A stretch of 64,000 nucleotides of DNA from Lama guanicoe. Taxonomy: Eukaryota. The translations under genes and the position numbers were made by a program. The DNA is taken from the NCBI GenBank assembly GCA_013239625.1, contig MU054098.1, positions 1,799,104-1,863,103 of the forward strand, in the 5' to 3' direction. The notes under the pieces are model-generated. The model ran no database searches. It worked only from the letters and a program-made list of their open reading frames with translations, and had not been told where the DNA came from. This document shows, one piece after another, positions 13,564 through 27,138 of this stretch (positions are counted from its first letter, which is position 1; each line of letters begins with the position of its first letter).

Positions 13564-14028
13564 CTCTTTACTTATATGAGATTTGGAAAAAGAAAATTCC
13601 TCAAAGATCCTCCCCTTTCTCTTTTTCTGTATTGCTCCTGCTGCCAGGAAATCTATCTTGAGTTCCTTAGGAATTGTGACAGAAAATGATCTGGCCTGGC
13701 TCTCTGCATTTCTGCACTTTCCTCCCCCTTCCTCTGCCCTTACTCCGTAGTGGAGATCAGTATACTTGTCTTTTACTTCTCCACCATGACAAAGTGGATG
13801 CCTCTATTTCCCAAAGGGTTTTGTTCTTTTAGCACTTTTAGATTTTTCTGTTGTGGTGGGGGCAAGGCAGACTTCATCTCCCTTTCTTTGTTTGGAAGTT
13901 GTCAACCCACTGGTCCCACAACTCTCTTCAGTCTTCTCTAAGCCAATGGTGGCGTGTCCTCGTGCAGACAGGACCCCTGATAACCAGACCTGACATCCCA
14001 GCACTCCCCAGCTGAACCCTTTACTCCA
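13564..14028 (-). pseudogene. Pseudo-exon, 155 codons with a single stop
   Basis: Acceptor ctttgttttttcatAG, donor gag|GTAAAC. 465 nt, open in phase 0-0 except for TAG at 13804-13806. Confidence 0.7.
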
Positions 14029-14499
14029 CTATGAAAAAACAAAGTATCGGTAATAACAACCACCAAAATGCAGAGTAAGAAAAATTTCCCCCTTTGGACC
14101 TGTGCTTCGTGTTCTCAACTCCGAACAGCTGTTATGCGTTGATAGTAAGAGAACAGAAAAACAAAAAAGCATAATAAGGAACATGCTTCCCCCTTCTCTG
14201 CCAAGCCAAGGAGGAAACAGAATTGTGGTATTAAAGGGTATGCACATTTTTTTAAATGTTGGTATTGCCAAACTGCCTTCAAAAATTATGTAAAGTCACA
14301 TACCAATAGTGTGTGAATGGCAAGATACTAATTTTCCATCTTTGCCAACTTGATGGGTTAAAAATAAATATTTTATTATGTATTTTTGTTACTAATGAGA
14401 TAGAACTTCTTTGTTTCCTGACCCTTTCTATCTCTGTTTTGTGAATTGTGCGCTAATATTCTTTTCTTTGATTTCACTTTCCACCCACTGGCAGACACC

Positions 14500-15720
14500 T
14501 TAGATGCCTCATCCAACACTCTCAAACTTCTCTCCACAAGGTCACCCTCAACCTCATTGTTACTAAATCTAATGGACACTCCTCAGTGCTATCTTACACA
14601 ACCTCTCAGCAACATTTGATACAGTTAACCATCTCTTTTTTCTTGAACATTATCTAGCCTTAGTTTCCATGGCATGACACTACCTTGGTTTTCCTCTTAC
14701 CCACCTCTAGGCCCTTTCTTCTCATCTTGGGGAATTTTCTTCCTCGGTACACGGCAGAGTTCTGTCTCAGGGTTCTGTCCTAATCTTCTCTTCTCTTCTC
14801 TTCTTACAGTATCCCCTGTCTCTGGACGACCTCATGATAGAGATTACCATCTATATACTGATGATTCCCAAATCTCTATGTCCACAAGTTCTTTCTTCTG
14901 AGTTCCAGACCTCTACAACTGTGTATTCCAGAAATTTTCATTTTTATGTCCTTTAGACACCTACAATTCAACATGTCCAGAACAGCATTCACCATCTTAC
15001 TCTTCAAAGCTATTCCTACTTCTTTAAACAACCACTCCTGCCATATCCTATCAGTCATCAAGGTCTGCCATTTCTACTTCCTAAATACACTTCAAATCCA
15101 TCCACTTTACTCCCACTCATGTCCTCTTTATCCACCATCATCTTTCTTCTAGGTTACAGAAAAATCCTCTTAAATGGACTTCTTGCCCACTCCAGTCCAT
15201 TCTGCACACTGCAGTCATACTCACTAAAGCCCAAATGTAATCATACTATTGCTTCCCTACTTAGAACATTTTGATTGCTTCCTCAATAAAAGCCAAAGTT
15301 TTAAACATAGTTTGCAGGGCTTGCATGTCTAACTTCTCCCCTTATACCCTGTGCTTCAGACATACTGAAATGTTTTCATTTCCCACAAATTCCAGGCCTT
15401 TATGTATGTTATGTATGTTATTCACGATGACTACTCACGGACCCCTTCATCCTCAGCCCACTTCTATCTGTGTCTGTCTACATTCTACCCATTTTTCACC
15501 TTTAAAATTAGAAGTTGCTTCCTCAGGAAGCTTCCTTTTGCTCCCCAACTATGAATTAGGTGCCTCTCCCATATATTCTAATCATAGCTTCATCACACTA
15601 AATTGCAATTACTCACGTTACTTATCTGCATCTCCCACTAGATTGCAAGCTTTGTAAGGGCACACATGTATTGGTGTCACTATTTTGTAAACATAGTAAG
15701 TGTCCAATAAATATTTATAT
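14500..15720 (+). mobile_element. L2 (ORF2 3' part and tail) within L1ME-like fragments (~14200-14450, ~15730-15830)
   Basis: ctctcagcaacatttgatacagttaacc, tatactgatgattcccaaatct (YxDD region), ccactagattgcaagct...caataaatattt. Confidence 0.85.
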
Positions 15721-15869
15721 TAATTTTTGTCCGTTTTTCTAGTCAGGTGTTCATCTTCTCTCATTAAATTATAAAAGCTCTTTATATATGGAGGATTTCT
15801 CTCCTGTGACATTTTGTTGTAAATATTTTCCTACCAAAGAAACAATATAGTTCTTATGTTTCCCAAACA

Positions 15870-16225
15870 AAGTATTCCTTTTGCTAACTCCTTTCCTGTG
15901 TGTGTGCTGTTTTCTCTGTTAACAATGTACTCATTCCCTATGTATCATTTAATACCTACTCAAACGGCATTTCATCCCTGAAGTCCTACCTGACTCTCTG
16001 TGAAAGAATAATTCACTCCTACCTCTGTATTCCCATAGAAACTTGTGTATGTGTCAACTTCAAGAACTTAATGTTTTTATTTCTAGTGTAATTATATTTT
16101 TGCATGACTTTATGCTCTATTAAACAGTCAACTTAAAACCAAGGATTTTCTTATTCTTTTTTATTTCTTATTCTACTATTTCTTATCTACTATTCCCTAA
16201 ACATAGTATTATCTTTAAAATATTT
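15870..16225 (+). mobile_element. Degenerate L2 3' end
   Basis: Weak match to the L2 tail layout. Confidence 0.45.
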
Positions 16226-16351
16226 TTGCTAAAAGCATTAATTTGGGCTCACAATTGGACAATGATTAATAATAAAAAATACAAAGACAAAATATTTTCT
16301 GTGAATAATTATAAATTCAGAACTTCAGGAAAGTCCTGTCTGACTACTAAC

Positions 16352-16627
16352 AGCTCAGTTAATAGAAGCCTTAAAGTGGAAAGTCATAACTGGCAACTCA
16401 GGATAAATCAAGGAAAGACTCTAAGTATATATACCATTTGTACTTGCAGGTGAAGCATTCAGATAAAAGAAAAAGTGTTGATATTAGTTAAGGACCATAA
16501 TTCAGAAATTGATAGGTCATGTACATTAACTGTAAACCCAGGTTGCATGCTAAGCAAAGATAATCCATATATCCAATAGCTTTACCTGTAGTCCACTAAT
16601 ACTTCTAGAGTTTACTGCTTTTAACTT
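16352..16627 (-). pseudogene. Pseudo-exon, second half of RGS domain
   Basis: Acceptor ...accacAG in phase with the previous exon (g|aa = E). KY*WTTGKAIGYMDYL..(fs)..LQVQMVYILRVFP*FILSC, where TGA is probably CGA, giving FPRFI. Donor GTTAGT. Confidence 0.58.
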
Positions 16628-16984
16628 CTGTGGTTTCGAATGAACAGAGAAAAATAACTAACAGAGATTTATCATTGGTTACTAAATTGTACAAGGCAAA
16701 AATGTGAGATTTACATTGTCTTGCTAATTATTTTAAAAAGCACTTTCTAATTGTCCTTTTTAAAGAAATTGTGTTTGTGGTTGTTTTGGGGTCCTTTTAG
16801 AATCACCTCTAGTTTCCTACATTTCTAAGTAGACTTTACTATTCAAACACTGCCATTTCTAATTGACTGTAGAAACTTTTTAGTTATGTAACTCTAAAGA
16901 AGAAGAATTTACTTTTTGCTCTAAGTTGTTTGTTTGTTTGTTTTTTCTATTTAGTTAAAGCCAAAGAGCATTTAAAGTTGGCAT

Positions 16985-17400
16985 TTTAGAACCAGAATGC
17001 AGAGCTAGATAAGGCCAGTTACTATTTAGCTTGTTTAATTGCTTTATATTTGATATGAGAGAAACAGATTGGAAGGGATGCTAAGTGTCTTGATCAAGGT
17101 CAAACAGCAAGTAGCGCAATCAGCGCTAGAACCAGATTTTCTGCCTCGTATTTTCCGCTAAATAAAAATATATATATTTTAAAGTTTGGTATGCTGTTTA
17201 GCCATGATTCAGTCATCAGTAAAGACTGATTCATGGTTCAACAAATATATACTAAATGCTTACAATGGGCCAGGTACTGTGCAAAGAGCATGCGTTAATT
17301 TTTTTTTTTTTTAAACTTTGTAACTGCTCTTGTTGCATGCATGGAGGACACAGTGGGGGAATAAGAGAGACAAGATCCCTGGCCTAAAAGTCTGATGGAG
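16985..17400 (-). mobile_element. MIR (~16985-17160) and L2 tail (~17225-17400); further L2 at ~17940-18220
   Basis: atgagagaaacaga...tcaaggtcaaacagcaagtag; ttcaacaaatatatactaaatgcttacaatgggccaggtactgtgc. Confidence 0.65.
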
Positions 17401-18439
17401 ACGCAGGTGTATCTTCTTCGTCCCCCACCCCAGCCCTATCTCTCACTTTCAATAACTCTCCCTTCACTGACACATTTAGTTTTACCCACGGGAGGAGGAA
17501 TGATAAGCCTGATTGGATTCAGTCACTCGCTAAGTTATGTTATCCTACTGGCTGAGGTTCCTTTGCCTCTGAAAACAGGAAAGAGGCTCTGCTTTATCTC
17601 TTCCACAGTCTGCCTCACCCACAGGTAAGAAAGTCAACAGACATCACCACTTCTGGACTCCACTGTGTCAACAGACTCTGCTCTCCTTTCCTGCTCCTCA
17701 CCAGGGTGGGCAGATTGGCTAGATTGGTACTAGGGCCTAACAACCTTCAATCCAGGGAGCAAGGGAGTAGGAGGCCTATTTTAACCTCAGGCTTAACCTA
17801 TGCACTAACAATTTTCCCTGTACTTGGAGTTATTGAAAACTACTCTCCACCTGTCATGTGTGTGTTCAACTGGTTAGAACCCAGAAGGGAAGGCAGTGAA
17901 TGATGAGCATCCCCCCAAGCCAGTCTGGTAGGAAAGACAGAATCCAACTAATAACTAAAAAATAATTAGCTACACTTACACTAAGTGCTACAAAAGACAA
18001 GTTCAAAATGCCACAAAGGCATATATATCAGAGAAGACTCTCTGAGGTAGCGACATTTAACTAGGACCTAAAGGATAATTAGGAATTTAGGTAAACAAAG
18101 GGCAAGGGGAGGAGGCAGAACAGTCTAAGAAGAAGGACGAGCATGTGTGAAGGCTGTGAGGCATAAAACAGCAGGGTACATTCCAGGAACTGAAAGGAGA
18201 CCAACGGATCTGGAGCAGACTGTAGAAAACTGCTTTATCATTCACTATCAAATATATAACACTTTGTTATTACTACTTCTTAACAATACATAATCTTGAG
18301 TTTTACTAATATACTTGCACATACATAAATGAAAATAGAGACATATTACACTAGTAGGGGTGCCCATATGTCAGGAGGCTTTGCTGTGTAGATGAGTTCA
18401 TAATACTCAATGAAAACAACAGTAACAAATCCAGCTAAC

Positions 18440-19071
18440 CCAAAAGCCCTTCTCTTCAACCAAGCCAGCCTACCGAGGGATGAGTATAAGGTATCTGTAA
18501 AATACCCAAGGAAGACCTACTGATTTCCCTATCACAAAGCGAGAGTTACTAAAAGTCCTCCCGGTAGCTCCCTGTTGATCCAGCCCCATCTTCAAACATG
18601 AGAATCAATGTGCAATTTATCAATCAAGATTTGTTTTTGCCAGCCACTGTTTTTTCTTTCTCCAGCAAGACAAACAGAAATATCTAAAATAATATATCGT
18701 TTTTCTCACTCATTAACCCTTGGAAACAGTATCAGTATGCAATTCCTTTTGCTTAGCAATATGAGCTTCTCAGAGGCCTAGTAACAGCCTATCAGTTTGA
18801 CTGCACCGGCCAGCCCTTATCCCTGAAGTATTTGCTGAATTTCAATTTTTATCAGCAGCTTCTGTTCATTTAGAAGCACCATCATCACTCAGCTTCTGTT
18901 TATCTGAAGCAACCTGCATTATGGTAGAATTTTAAATTAAGCCAATGCTCAGGTATCCACTTGTTTATCTGTATTGTTTGCCCCCACATGCCATTTTCTT
19001 TCTTTTAGAAGTTTAAGTTTTCACGCAGGACTCTCTTAATTTATCTTCAGTGTTCCAGATAGTTGAGAAAG
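18440..19071 (-). pseudogene. Pseudo-exon, linker plus RGS start
   Basis: Acceptor ttttccctttccccAG, donor GTTAGC. Ends LLVTL(fs)LCDREISR../FLGYFTD../VGWLG*REGLL, phase 1. Confidence 0.55.
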
Positions 19072-19434
19072 CTGGGGAAAGGGAAAATAAACTTTTTGTT
19101 TCATTTCCCACAGCAACAAAGCACAGATTCATAGAATTTATTGCTGAATGGTGCCTTGGTGACTAGACCTTCTCATCTGAACCCCAATTCTCCTTCCTAC
19201 CCCTACATTCTTGCTCTCAGGAAATGATCTATTTTCTTAAAGTGAAATCATCCTAAAATGTTCTCCCTGATCTACTCTTTTAACGTATCATGTTTATTTC
19301 TATAGTTTTTCTTTCTCTCTTTCTATAAATCTCAAAGTAATGGGCACCACCACTTTACTTTTTCTACTGCTGAAGCACCTCTGATTTTGAATTTTATTTC
19401 TTTCCATCTTTCTTTGGTTGTTAATTGTGATGAT

Positions 19435-19570
19435 AATGACAGTGATAAGGAGGATTATAACTAACATTTATTAAATACTTTCTCTGTGCCCAGCATCATC
19501 TTATTTTATTCCCACACCAACTATATGCTATAAGCACCATTGTAATTCCCACTTTACAAATGTGCAGACC
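19435..19570 (-). mobile_element. MIR fragment
   Basis: ctaacatttattaaatactttctctgtgccc...ccccactttacaaatg. Confidence 0.75.
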
Positions 19571-19807
19571 CTAATACTCATAAATATGTGGATTTTAGGT
19601 GATTCATACTTTCTTCTTTGTATTTTCCATACTATTTGGATTATTTACAATGAAGTACATATAACTTTTAATATAAAACACAACAGATACAACATTTTTT
19701 TAATAGAGTAAACGGAGCCACTAGGGCAGTTTACTGCCAGTCTTTCATTCTTTTTTCCAACACAACCACAAATGGGCCATTCCATTCATCAAAAATTATT
19801 TGAGTGA

Positions 19808-20002
19808 TTAAGAGGTACAGACTAGCATATATAAAATAAGCTACAAGGATATATTGTATATCACAGGAAATACAGATAATATTTTATAACTTTAAGTGGA
19901 GTATAATCTATAAAAATATTGAATCACTATGTTGTACACCTGAAACTAATATAATATTTTAAATCAACTATACTTCAATTTTTTAATTGAAAAAAATAAA
20001 AT
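19808..20002 (+). mobile_element. Short L1 3' end (laurasiatherian type)
   Basis: agctacaaggatatattgta...gaatcactatgttgtacacctgaaactaat...tatacttcaatt plus A tail. Confidence 0.85.
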
Positions 20003-20064
20003 TAGGATTCTAAGGAATAAACTTTATTTATGCATTTGCTCATACATTCAACAAACTTATTGAG

Positions 20065-20345
20065 TACTGACCAAGATGGCCTTAATGTTCCCCTCAGCTT
20101 AACTAGATTTTAGACAAGCTTCTTCCTGACTCCAGGACCTTGAACTCCCTTTACTTAGAGACTTTACTTCAGAAAACCTGCAATTATAAATTATTTCTCT
20201 AACCCTCTGAGATGTAATTCTTAAGGACTTTTGCTAACTTTACAACCCAGGACTGTCTTTCTCAAGGACCTACAAGCCATCCCTTTGAAATGTAATCATC
20301 AAGCGAAATAGAATCCCTATTTCCCACTTTCTGTGGGAAGGTTTA
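20065..20345 (+). mobile_element. ERV1 LTR fragment (MER31-like)
   Basis: ttagacaagcttcttcctgactcc...tctttctcaaggacc...ccatccctttgaaatgtaatcatcaag, as recalled for MER31. Confidence 0.7.
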
Positions 20346-20613
20346 AAAAAAGGAAAAAACTGACTGCCTATCATATGGAAAATACTGTGAGGGAGACAAA
20401 GCAACATAAGCAGCAGTTGAAGAGTTTCTCTCTAAAAGAGTGGTGTTCATGCCGCCGAGAGTTTAGAGGAAAAGAAATTCACTGTGACCAGAAGGTGAGT
20501 AGGACTGCAGATTTAATCTAAGCTAATCCTAAACTAGGCCTTAAATGTGAGGGGTTCTTAGATATCAGGGAAGAGGGAGCAATCCTCAGGAAGAAAGGAA
20601 GGCACGTCCCTAC

Positions 20614-20866
20614 CCTGAGTCCTACCACCCTCTTGTCTCTCTCTCCCCATGATACTTTGCTCTTCTGATTGACAAAACAATACGAAAAACTAACACTGGG
20701 CTATGAACATAATTAGGAGGATGTCTGAGCTCTGGCTTGATTATTTTTCCACTGCTGGCTTTCCTCACAGTTTCTAAGTCATGAAACTAAACGTTGTGAT
20801 ATTTCACTTCAAGCAAACTTCTAGCTCACTTTCAGATTTGCCTTTATTCACCTGCTTTAAGTTCAA
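20614..20866 (-). pseudogene. Candidate linker pseudo-exon
   Basis: Pyrimidine tract plus aAG, donor GTAGGG. The phase-1 end is compatible with the exon starting at 19071. Confidence 0.3.
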
Positions 20867-21056
20867 CTTAGAGAAGAAATTTTGAAGACACATATAGAAG
20901 AATACATAACAGGAGATATCAAGTGGCATCTCCCTCAATCTTATCTCCTCCAATTGCAAACTGTATTTAGCACAACTGCAAGCACAGTGCTGGGCACATT
21001 AAAGACATTTAATCACTTGTAAGGTGATTGTTTACTAATGTCTATACTTTAATTAC

Positions 21057-21576
21057 CTTTGTTCCAACATTTCACAATAAATTACCGATTCCCACAAGAG
21101 CAGGGTTTCACGAAACTCAGGCGGTTTATTTCCGTTAAGTTTTAGAGATTAAAAAAATAACATTCAAGCCCTTTTCAGTACCAAAATAAATTTCATACTG
21201 TACATAAAGCCCATCAAGAAGCTGAGAACTTCACTATACTCACCCCTTGAAATATACTGCTACACAATCTAGATCAATTTCATAGATCAGAACATAAAAG
21301 TTTATTCTCTTCTTTCACCAACTATATAAATTCTATGGTGTTAGTTGCCATAGCAAAAGACATCTCAGGAATCCTTAAAGTTAGAAGTTGCTTCAATTCC
21401 ATCATATCCAGAGACCAAAAGGCGGCTTCACTCATTCTTCAGTATTGATCTTCCCTCTCATTTTTCGCCCTCAAAACTGGCATTCTCTTCTATTTTGGAA
21501 TGAGCTTTCCTGGAATGTCAACATCTGACAGTATCTTTCACATTAGGTAAGTTCATTTTCATCACAAAGACCATAA
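21057..21576 (-). pseudogene. Pseudo-exon, RGS domain
   Basis: Pyrimidine tract ending gtAA (mutated AG), donor aag|GTAATT. FWSLDMMELKQLLTLRIPEMSF...KLI*IV*QYISRG...GINRLSF...R*FIVKCW. Confidence 0.55.
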
Positions 21577-23674
21577 TTACAGAAGAGAACAGTAAAATTT
21601 GTTCTTATAAGAAGATCTTTATAAAAAATAAAAAGGCATGCGATCAATCTTTACACCAGCCATAAAATTTGCTTTTATTTTTAGGCCCCAGATGAATGCA
21701 AGTCTGAAAAGGAAAGTGGCTCTAGTTTGAACATATCAATTTATTTATTGAAGAGTTTTGAAGAAAAGATGCGTCATGCACATGATTAGGAGCCTGACAT
21801 TGCAAAATTATTATTAATTTGGACAAAGTCATTTTTCCCACATTGGAAAATAAAGAGTGCCATAGAAGGCTTTTCCAGGTTGTGTAATAGAGTTAATAAG
21901 TCAAGAGATGTATAGTGAAATTTGAAAGACTCAAGGAATGGGCCGTATCCAAAGAAGATTCATCCACACAGACTGAAATTATTCTTTCCTCATTCTCCAT
22001 TGATTTTAGGCACAAGACGTGATCGGATCACAGCAGCACAAGCCCAAGGGGAGCATGAGGAATAAACACCAGGGCGGGTGTGGGTACCTCATACTGAGTT
22101 CCAACTGGCTTCATCAGCCAGGAAACTAAATCTCCTGTGTGAAGCATAGCAGCAGGAAGTTCTAATCAAGCAGTACTTCAAGCCAGGAAGGCAGAAAACG
22201 CTATAGTCTAGGGTGAGTGATTTCATTCAGATCTCTTCAGCCAGCAAAATGTGGGTCTAAGGAACAGGATTCGAGGCTTTGTGGGAAGAGACTAGCAGGG
22301 ACCGGCCACTGCCAGGCAGAGCATCAGAGCCTCAATATAATATAGTTTCGATGTGGAGCACAGACCCAGGACTAGTAGGAACCAAAGTGCCTCAAGACAG
22401 AGGCTCAATTTTGTTGATTAGGGGAGGTTATAATTCAGCAGGTATGCCAAGGTGGATATGCCTCTCTGAGCTTCAGTTTTCCTCATCTGTAAAAGGGGGA
22501 TAATAAAGTTTCTTGTTTCGAGCAGTAAGGGCAGAGGAAAATACCTCTCTCTCTACTGGAATACATGCAGTTACAAAGACAGTTATATAACAGAGAAGCA
22601 AGAGGTGGAGGGGAGAGAACATAAGAGCAATAAATTTTCAATGATAATCAAAAGGAATGGGGATCCCTAGTATATCACACAAGCAGTATCACTGAGAACT
22701 GAAGTCAGGTCCATATCCACACGATTCAGGTGTTTGTTAATTACATGTTCTTATATTGATGTCTGTAATAGCTACCATTTAGTGAGTGCTTATTGCGAGT
22801 CAGGCACTGTACCTGAATTAATCTAATTTCACCAATGTGCTTTGAGCTAGGTACAGTAATCATTCTCATTTTACCAATGGGTAAACTAAGGCTAACGTAG
22901 GGTAAACTAAAGTAAGGGAAATATAGATCAAACTAACAGTATTAGATTAATTAATATTGAATAGCATAGGTGGGAAAAATTTTCATGGAATATGTCTTTG
23001 TTCCCTGAAAACTAAATTGATTGGGACATAAATTATAAATTGAATCTAGCTCAAGATGGCACTGCAATGGGAGAATGCCAAGTATCAAGAAATTCAGCAT
23101 AACTAGTGGCCACTCAAAGGCAGCAAAGTGCCTAAAGAATGGATATAAGGTTGCTAATTTAAGAGGAGCAGCCCAGCTGGCCAGAAGGCCAGAGGGGAGG
23201 AGAGAGCCTGTTTTGAGCATTGTACTCCAACAAGAGTTCTCATTTTCCGCACAAATAGCACAACAAGGTTAGGGCTGCAGGAAAGTACTGGAAAAGCAAG
23301 AAGACTGAGCCTTTCCTATATGTCATGCTCTTTGCTAGCTTTACATTTATTTTCCCAGATGATCTACCCAACAATAAAAGACAATAAATGAAAGATAATT
23401 CTCCCTGTTTTACTAAAAAGGACACTGAGGATTAAAGAAAGTGATCCCTATTCCTATGTTACAGAGCTAGTAAACGTCAGGGTCGAGACAAACTCAGGTC
23501 TGCACAACTTCCCTCCAAGAGGGGCGACAGGAGTTGATGCAAAAGAAGTGAACAGAAAAAAGCATTCAAAAAACTCTTAACACTGAATCCGAGAATAGAC
23601 ACTGCAAGGCTGTCATACTGAAGTGGCATGAAGGAGGTACAGGACCTGAAGCTCATGCCCAAGATACAATGTAA

Positions 23675-23890
23675 CAGTAATGATAATCACAGCTAACATT
23701 TACTGAACACTTTCTATGTGCCAGGCATTGTTCAAAGCATTTTATATGTTTAATTCACTGAATCCTCACAACCACTCTATAAGATAGATATTATTATCTC
23801 CATTTTACAGTTCAGTAAACAGCGAGGTTAAGTACTTTCTCCAAGGTAGTAAATGGTTGCGCTAGTATGGGATACTGGAATTCAATATAT
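23675..23890 (-). mobile_element. MIR
   Basis: agctaacatttactgaacactttctatgtgccaggc...aatcctcacaacc...ccattttacag. Confidence 0.85.
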
Positions 23891-24399
23891 GGTTCAAGGA
23901 AACTCTCAAAAAGACAATTCAAACTATACAATTGTAAATTATACTGATGTAGCAGAAAAAAATACAAATGAATACCCAAATAAACCAGAGAGCTGCCCAG
24001 GGTACTAGATAACATGAGAAAAGTTAGACTCCTTTAAATCCTATTTTGTTTCTGTCTTCCCTGTCAAAGAGAATTATTTTCAGGCTGAAAAGTGTAAAAA
24101 GAAAATAACCATTGCCAAGAAATAACTTAAGCCTAAGATGGTTGAAGAGATTGTAAAATGCACACACACACACACACACAGGCAAAATCCTAGTTTTTTA
24201 GCATTTTAAATGCCTTTTGATCTCCTGGCATGTATGAAATAAATCCAAGAATGTATACAATTGGTCAAGCTATATTCATTATCTTGGAGGAATCATGGAG
24301 AAAAGACAAAATCATGGGTGAGTACTGGAGATGAACTCCTTTTTTTGTCTATTTTTTTAGAAGGAAGGTAGATTTCACAATTAAATGTAGGCAATTTGT

Positions 24400-25080
24400 C
24401 TCCATTCCATTCTTGCTCCTTAAAAATTCATTCTCTGCACACAGCAATTAGATTTTTTAAATAATGTAGACCCTGAAACCCTGATGTGTCCTATAACCCT
24501 CCTTGCACTTAGAACAAATCCTACACTATTACTGCCATCCTATAGTCTTCATTGCACTTAAAGCAGTCTACACTCTTCACCGTTGCTACTACTGTATTGC
24601 TTCCATCTTAAATGGCATTACTTATTATTGCTCCATTGTTCATTATGCTTCAGTCACATTAATCTTCTGTTCCTTGAACACTCCAAGATTATTCCTGCCC
24701 CAGGACCTTTGCACTGCTATTATCTTTGCCTAGAGGATTCTTCCTCTACATATTTGCAGACTAAATCCTTGTCAACCAGATCTCAGCCAAAATACCATTC
24801 TCTAATAGATGTCTTCCTCGACCTATCTAGTGTTACTGCCATGCCCTTACTCCAGTCACTTTCTATCCCATTTCTTTATTTTATTTTTCCTCAGAGCATT
24901 CACCATTACTTTAAATTATCTTACCTGTTTATTTCATGACTCCCTCACTAGTACATAATCTTCATAGATTATGAGCAAAGATCTTGTCTGTCTTGCTTCC
25001 TGTTTTAGCCCCAGTGCTTAGAATACTTCCTGACACATTCAGGAGCTAAATAAGAACTTGTTGAATGAATGATTGACTAC
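24400..25080 (+). mobile_element. L2 3' end
   Basis: cccaggacctttgcactgct...gttgaatgaatga tail. Confidence 0.85.
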
Positions 25081-25589
25081 TTGAGTCATGGGAAGGATTC
25101 TAGGGCAGATTATTAAAATAATTGTTCACGAGCACTAAAAATGTAAGTGATGGTTGGCTGAGATTAACTTAATTTCATTCTCTGACATGGCCAACAGCCT
25201 TGAAAATCAGAGATGCATAATATGCAGACTTTACATAGATAAAGGCATTTAACAAAGTTTTTTCATGACACCCAGGCATTGAAGCAGGATAACCATTGGC
25301 TGGAAACCATTCAAGTAGTTTTCCTTTTCTTTTCTTTTATTTTAGATTAAATGACGTTAGGCAGAGTATTCTGATGTTATTCTAGTAAATGAATTCCTAT
25401 TTTCTTTGGACCATGCACAGCTTTCAGAATATGATGAAAGCTATGAAGCTTTGTCCCAGAAAAAAATACATATATGCACACATTTTGTATAAAATTCATC
25501 AAGCTCCAATTGATTCATGGATCTCACATTAAGAACTGCTATACTAGAATATTTCCGATAGAAAACTTCCTGGTTCTTTCATTTTCAGT

Positions 25590-25754
25590 TTTTCTTTCTT
25601 TCTTTCTTTCTTTCTCTTTCTTTCTTTCTTTCTTTTTCTTTCTTTCTTTTCTTTCTTTCTTTCTTTTTCTTTCTTTCTCTCTTTCTTTTTTCTCTTTCTT
25701 TCTTTCTTTCTTCCTTCCTTCCTTCCTTTCTTCCTTCCTTTCTTCCTTTCTTTT
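25590..25754. repeat. Compound (TTTC)n/(TTCC)n microsatellite
   Basis: Read directly. Followed by a short MLT1-like fragment (25755-25840). Confidence 0.95.
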
Positions 25755-25967
25755 GCTTTAAACAACAGAAGTTTATTCTCACATGGTTCAGGAGCAGGGA
25801 AATATGAAATCATGGTATCAGCAGGATTCATGATTTCTGGAGACCTGGTTCTTTCATGTTCAACAATTTTATCAATTATTTAGATGAAGAGAGAGAAGGC
25901 TGATCTGTCATGTTTGGAGGTGGCAGAATATGGGAGATATATAAGACACATTAGAAAGCATGACCAA

Positions 25968-27138
25968 TAATCTTAGCAATATTCTCCCAAGGAAGTCTAC
26001 CAAGGCAACAGACATAAAAGCAAAAATAAACAAATGTTACCTAATTAAACTAGAAGCTTTTGCACAGCAAAGGAAACCATAAACAAAATGAAAAAACAAC
26101 CTATGGAATGGGAGAAAATATTTGCAAATGATGCAAGTGACAAAGGCTTAATTTCCAGAATATACAAACAGCTCATACAACTCAGTAACTAAAAACAAAG
26201 TACCCAATCCAAAAACGGGCAGAAGATCTAAACAAACATTTCTCCAATGAAGACATACAAATGGCCAATAGGCACATGAAAAAATGTTCAATATAGCTGA
26301 TTATCAGAGAAATGCAAATCAAACTGCAATGAGGTATCAGCTCACACCAGTCAGAATGGCCATCATTCAAACGTCCACAAAGAATAAACACTGGAGAAGG
26401 TGTGAAGAAAAGGGAGCCCTCCTACACTGTTAGTGGGTATGTAGTTTGGTGCAGCCACTATGGAGAACAACATGGAGATTCCTTAAAAAACTGAAAATAG
26501 ACTTACCATATGATCCAGCAATCCCAGTCTTGGGCATAAATCCAGAGGGAACCTTAATTAAAGAAGATGCATGCACTCCAATGTTCATAGCAGCACTATT
26601 TACAATAGCTAAGACATAGAAACAACCTAAACGTCCGTTGACAAATAACTGGATAAAGAAATTGTGGAATACTACTTCACCATAAAAAAGAATGAAATAA
26701 TGCCATTTGCAGAAACATGGATGGACCTAGAGATCGTCATACTAAGTGAAGTAAGCTAGAAAGAGAAAGATAATACAATATGATATCATTCACATGTGGA
26801 ATCTAAAAAAATGACACAAGTGAACTTATTTACAAAACAGAAACAGACTCACAGACATAGAAAGCAAATTTATGGTTACCAGGCAGAGAAGGGGGTGAGA
26901 AGGGATAAATTCAGAGTTCAAGATTAGCAGATACTAACTACTATATATAAAATAGATAAACAACAAGTTTCTATTGTATGGTACAGGGAATTATATTCAG
27001 TATCTTATAGTAGCCTGTAATGAAAAAGAACATGAAAAAGAATATACATCTACATATGTATAGCTGAATCACTGTGCTGTACACCAGAAATTAACACAGC
27101 ATTATAAAGCGACTATACTTCAATTAAAAAAAAAAGAA
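25968..27138 (+). mobile_element. 5'-truncated L1 (ORF2 C-terminus and 3'UTR)
   Basis: Poly(A) tail and a perfect 15-bp TSD agaaagcatgaccaa (25953-25967 / 27139-27153). Confidence 0.95.

Noticed and set aside
22010..22430. GC-richer unique-looking stretch
   Set aside because: No splice, ORF or terminal-repeat evidence; possibly an old LTR I cannot identify.
25474..25831. Phe/Ser-rich and Lys/Glu/Arg-rich ORFs on both strands
   Set aside because: They are translations of the (TTTC)n/(TTCC)n microsatellite.
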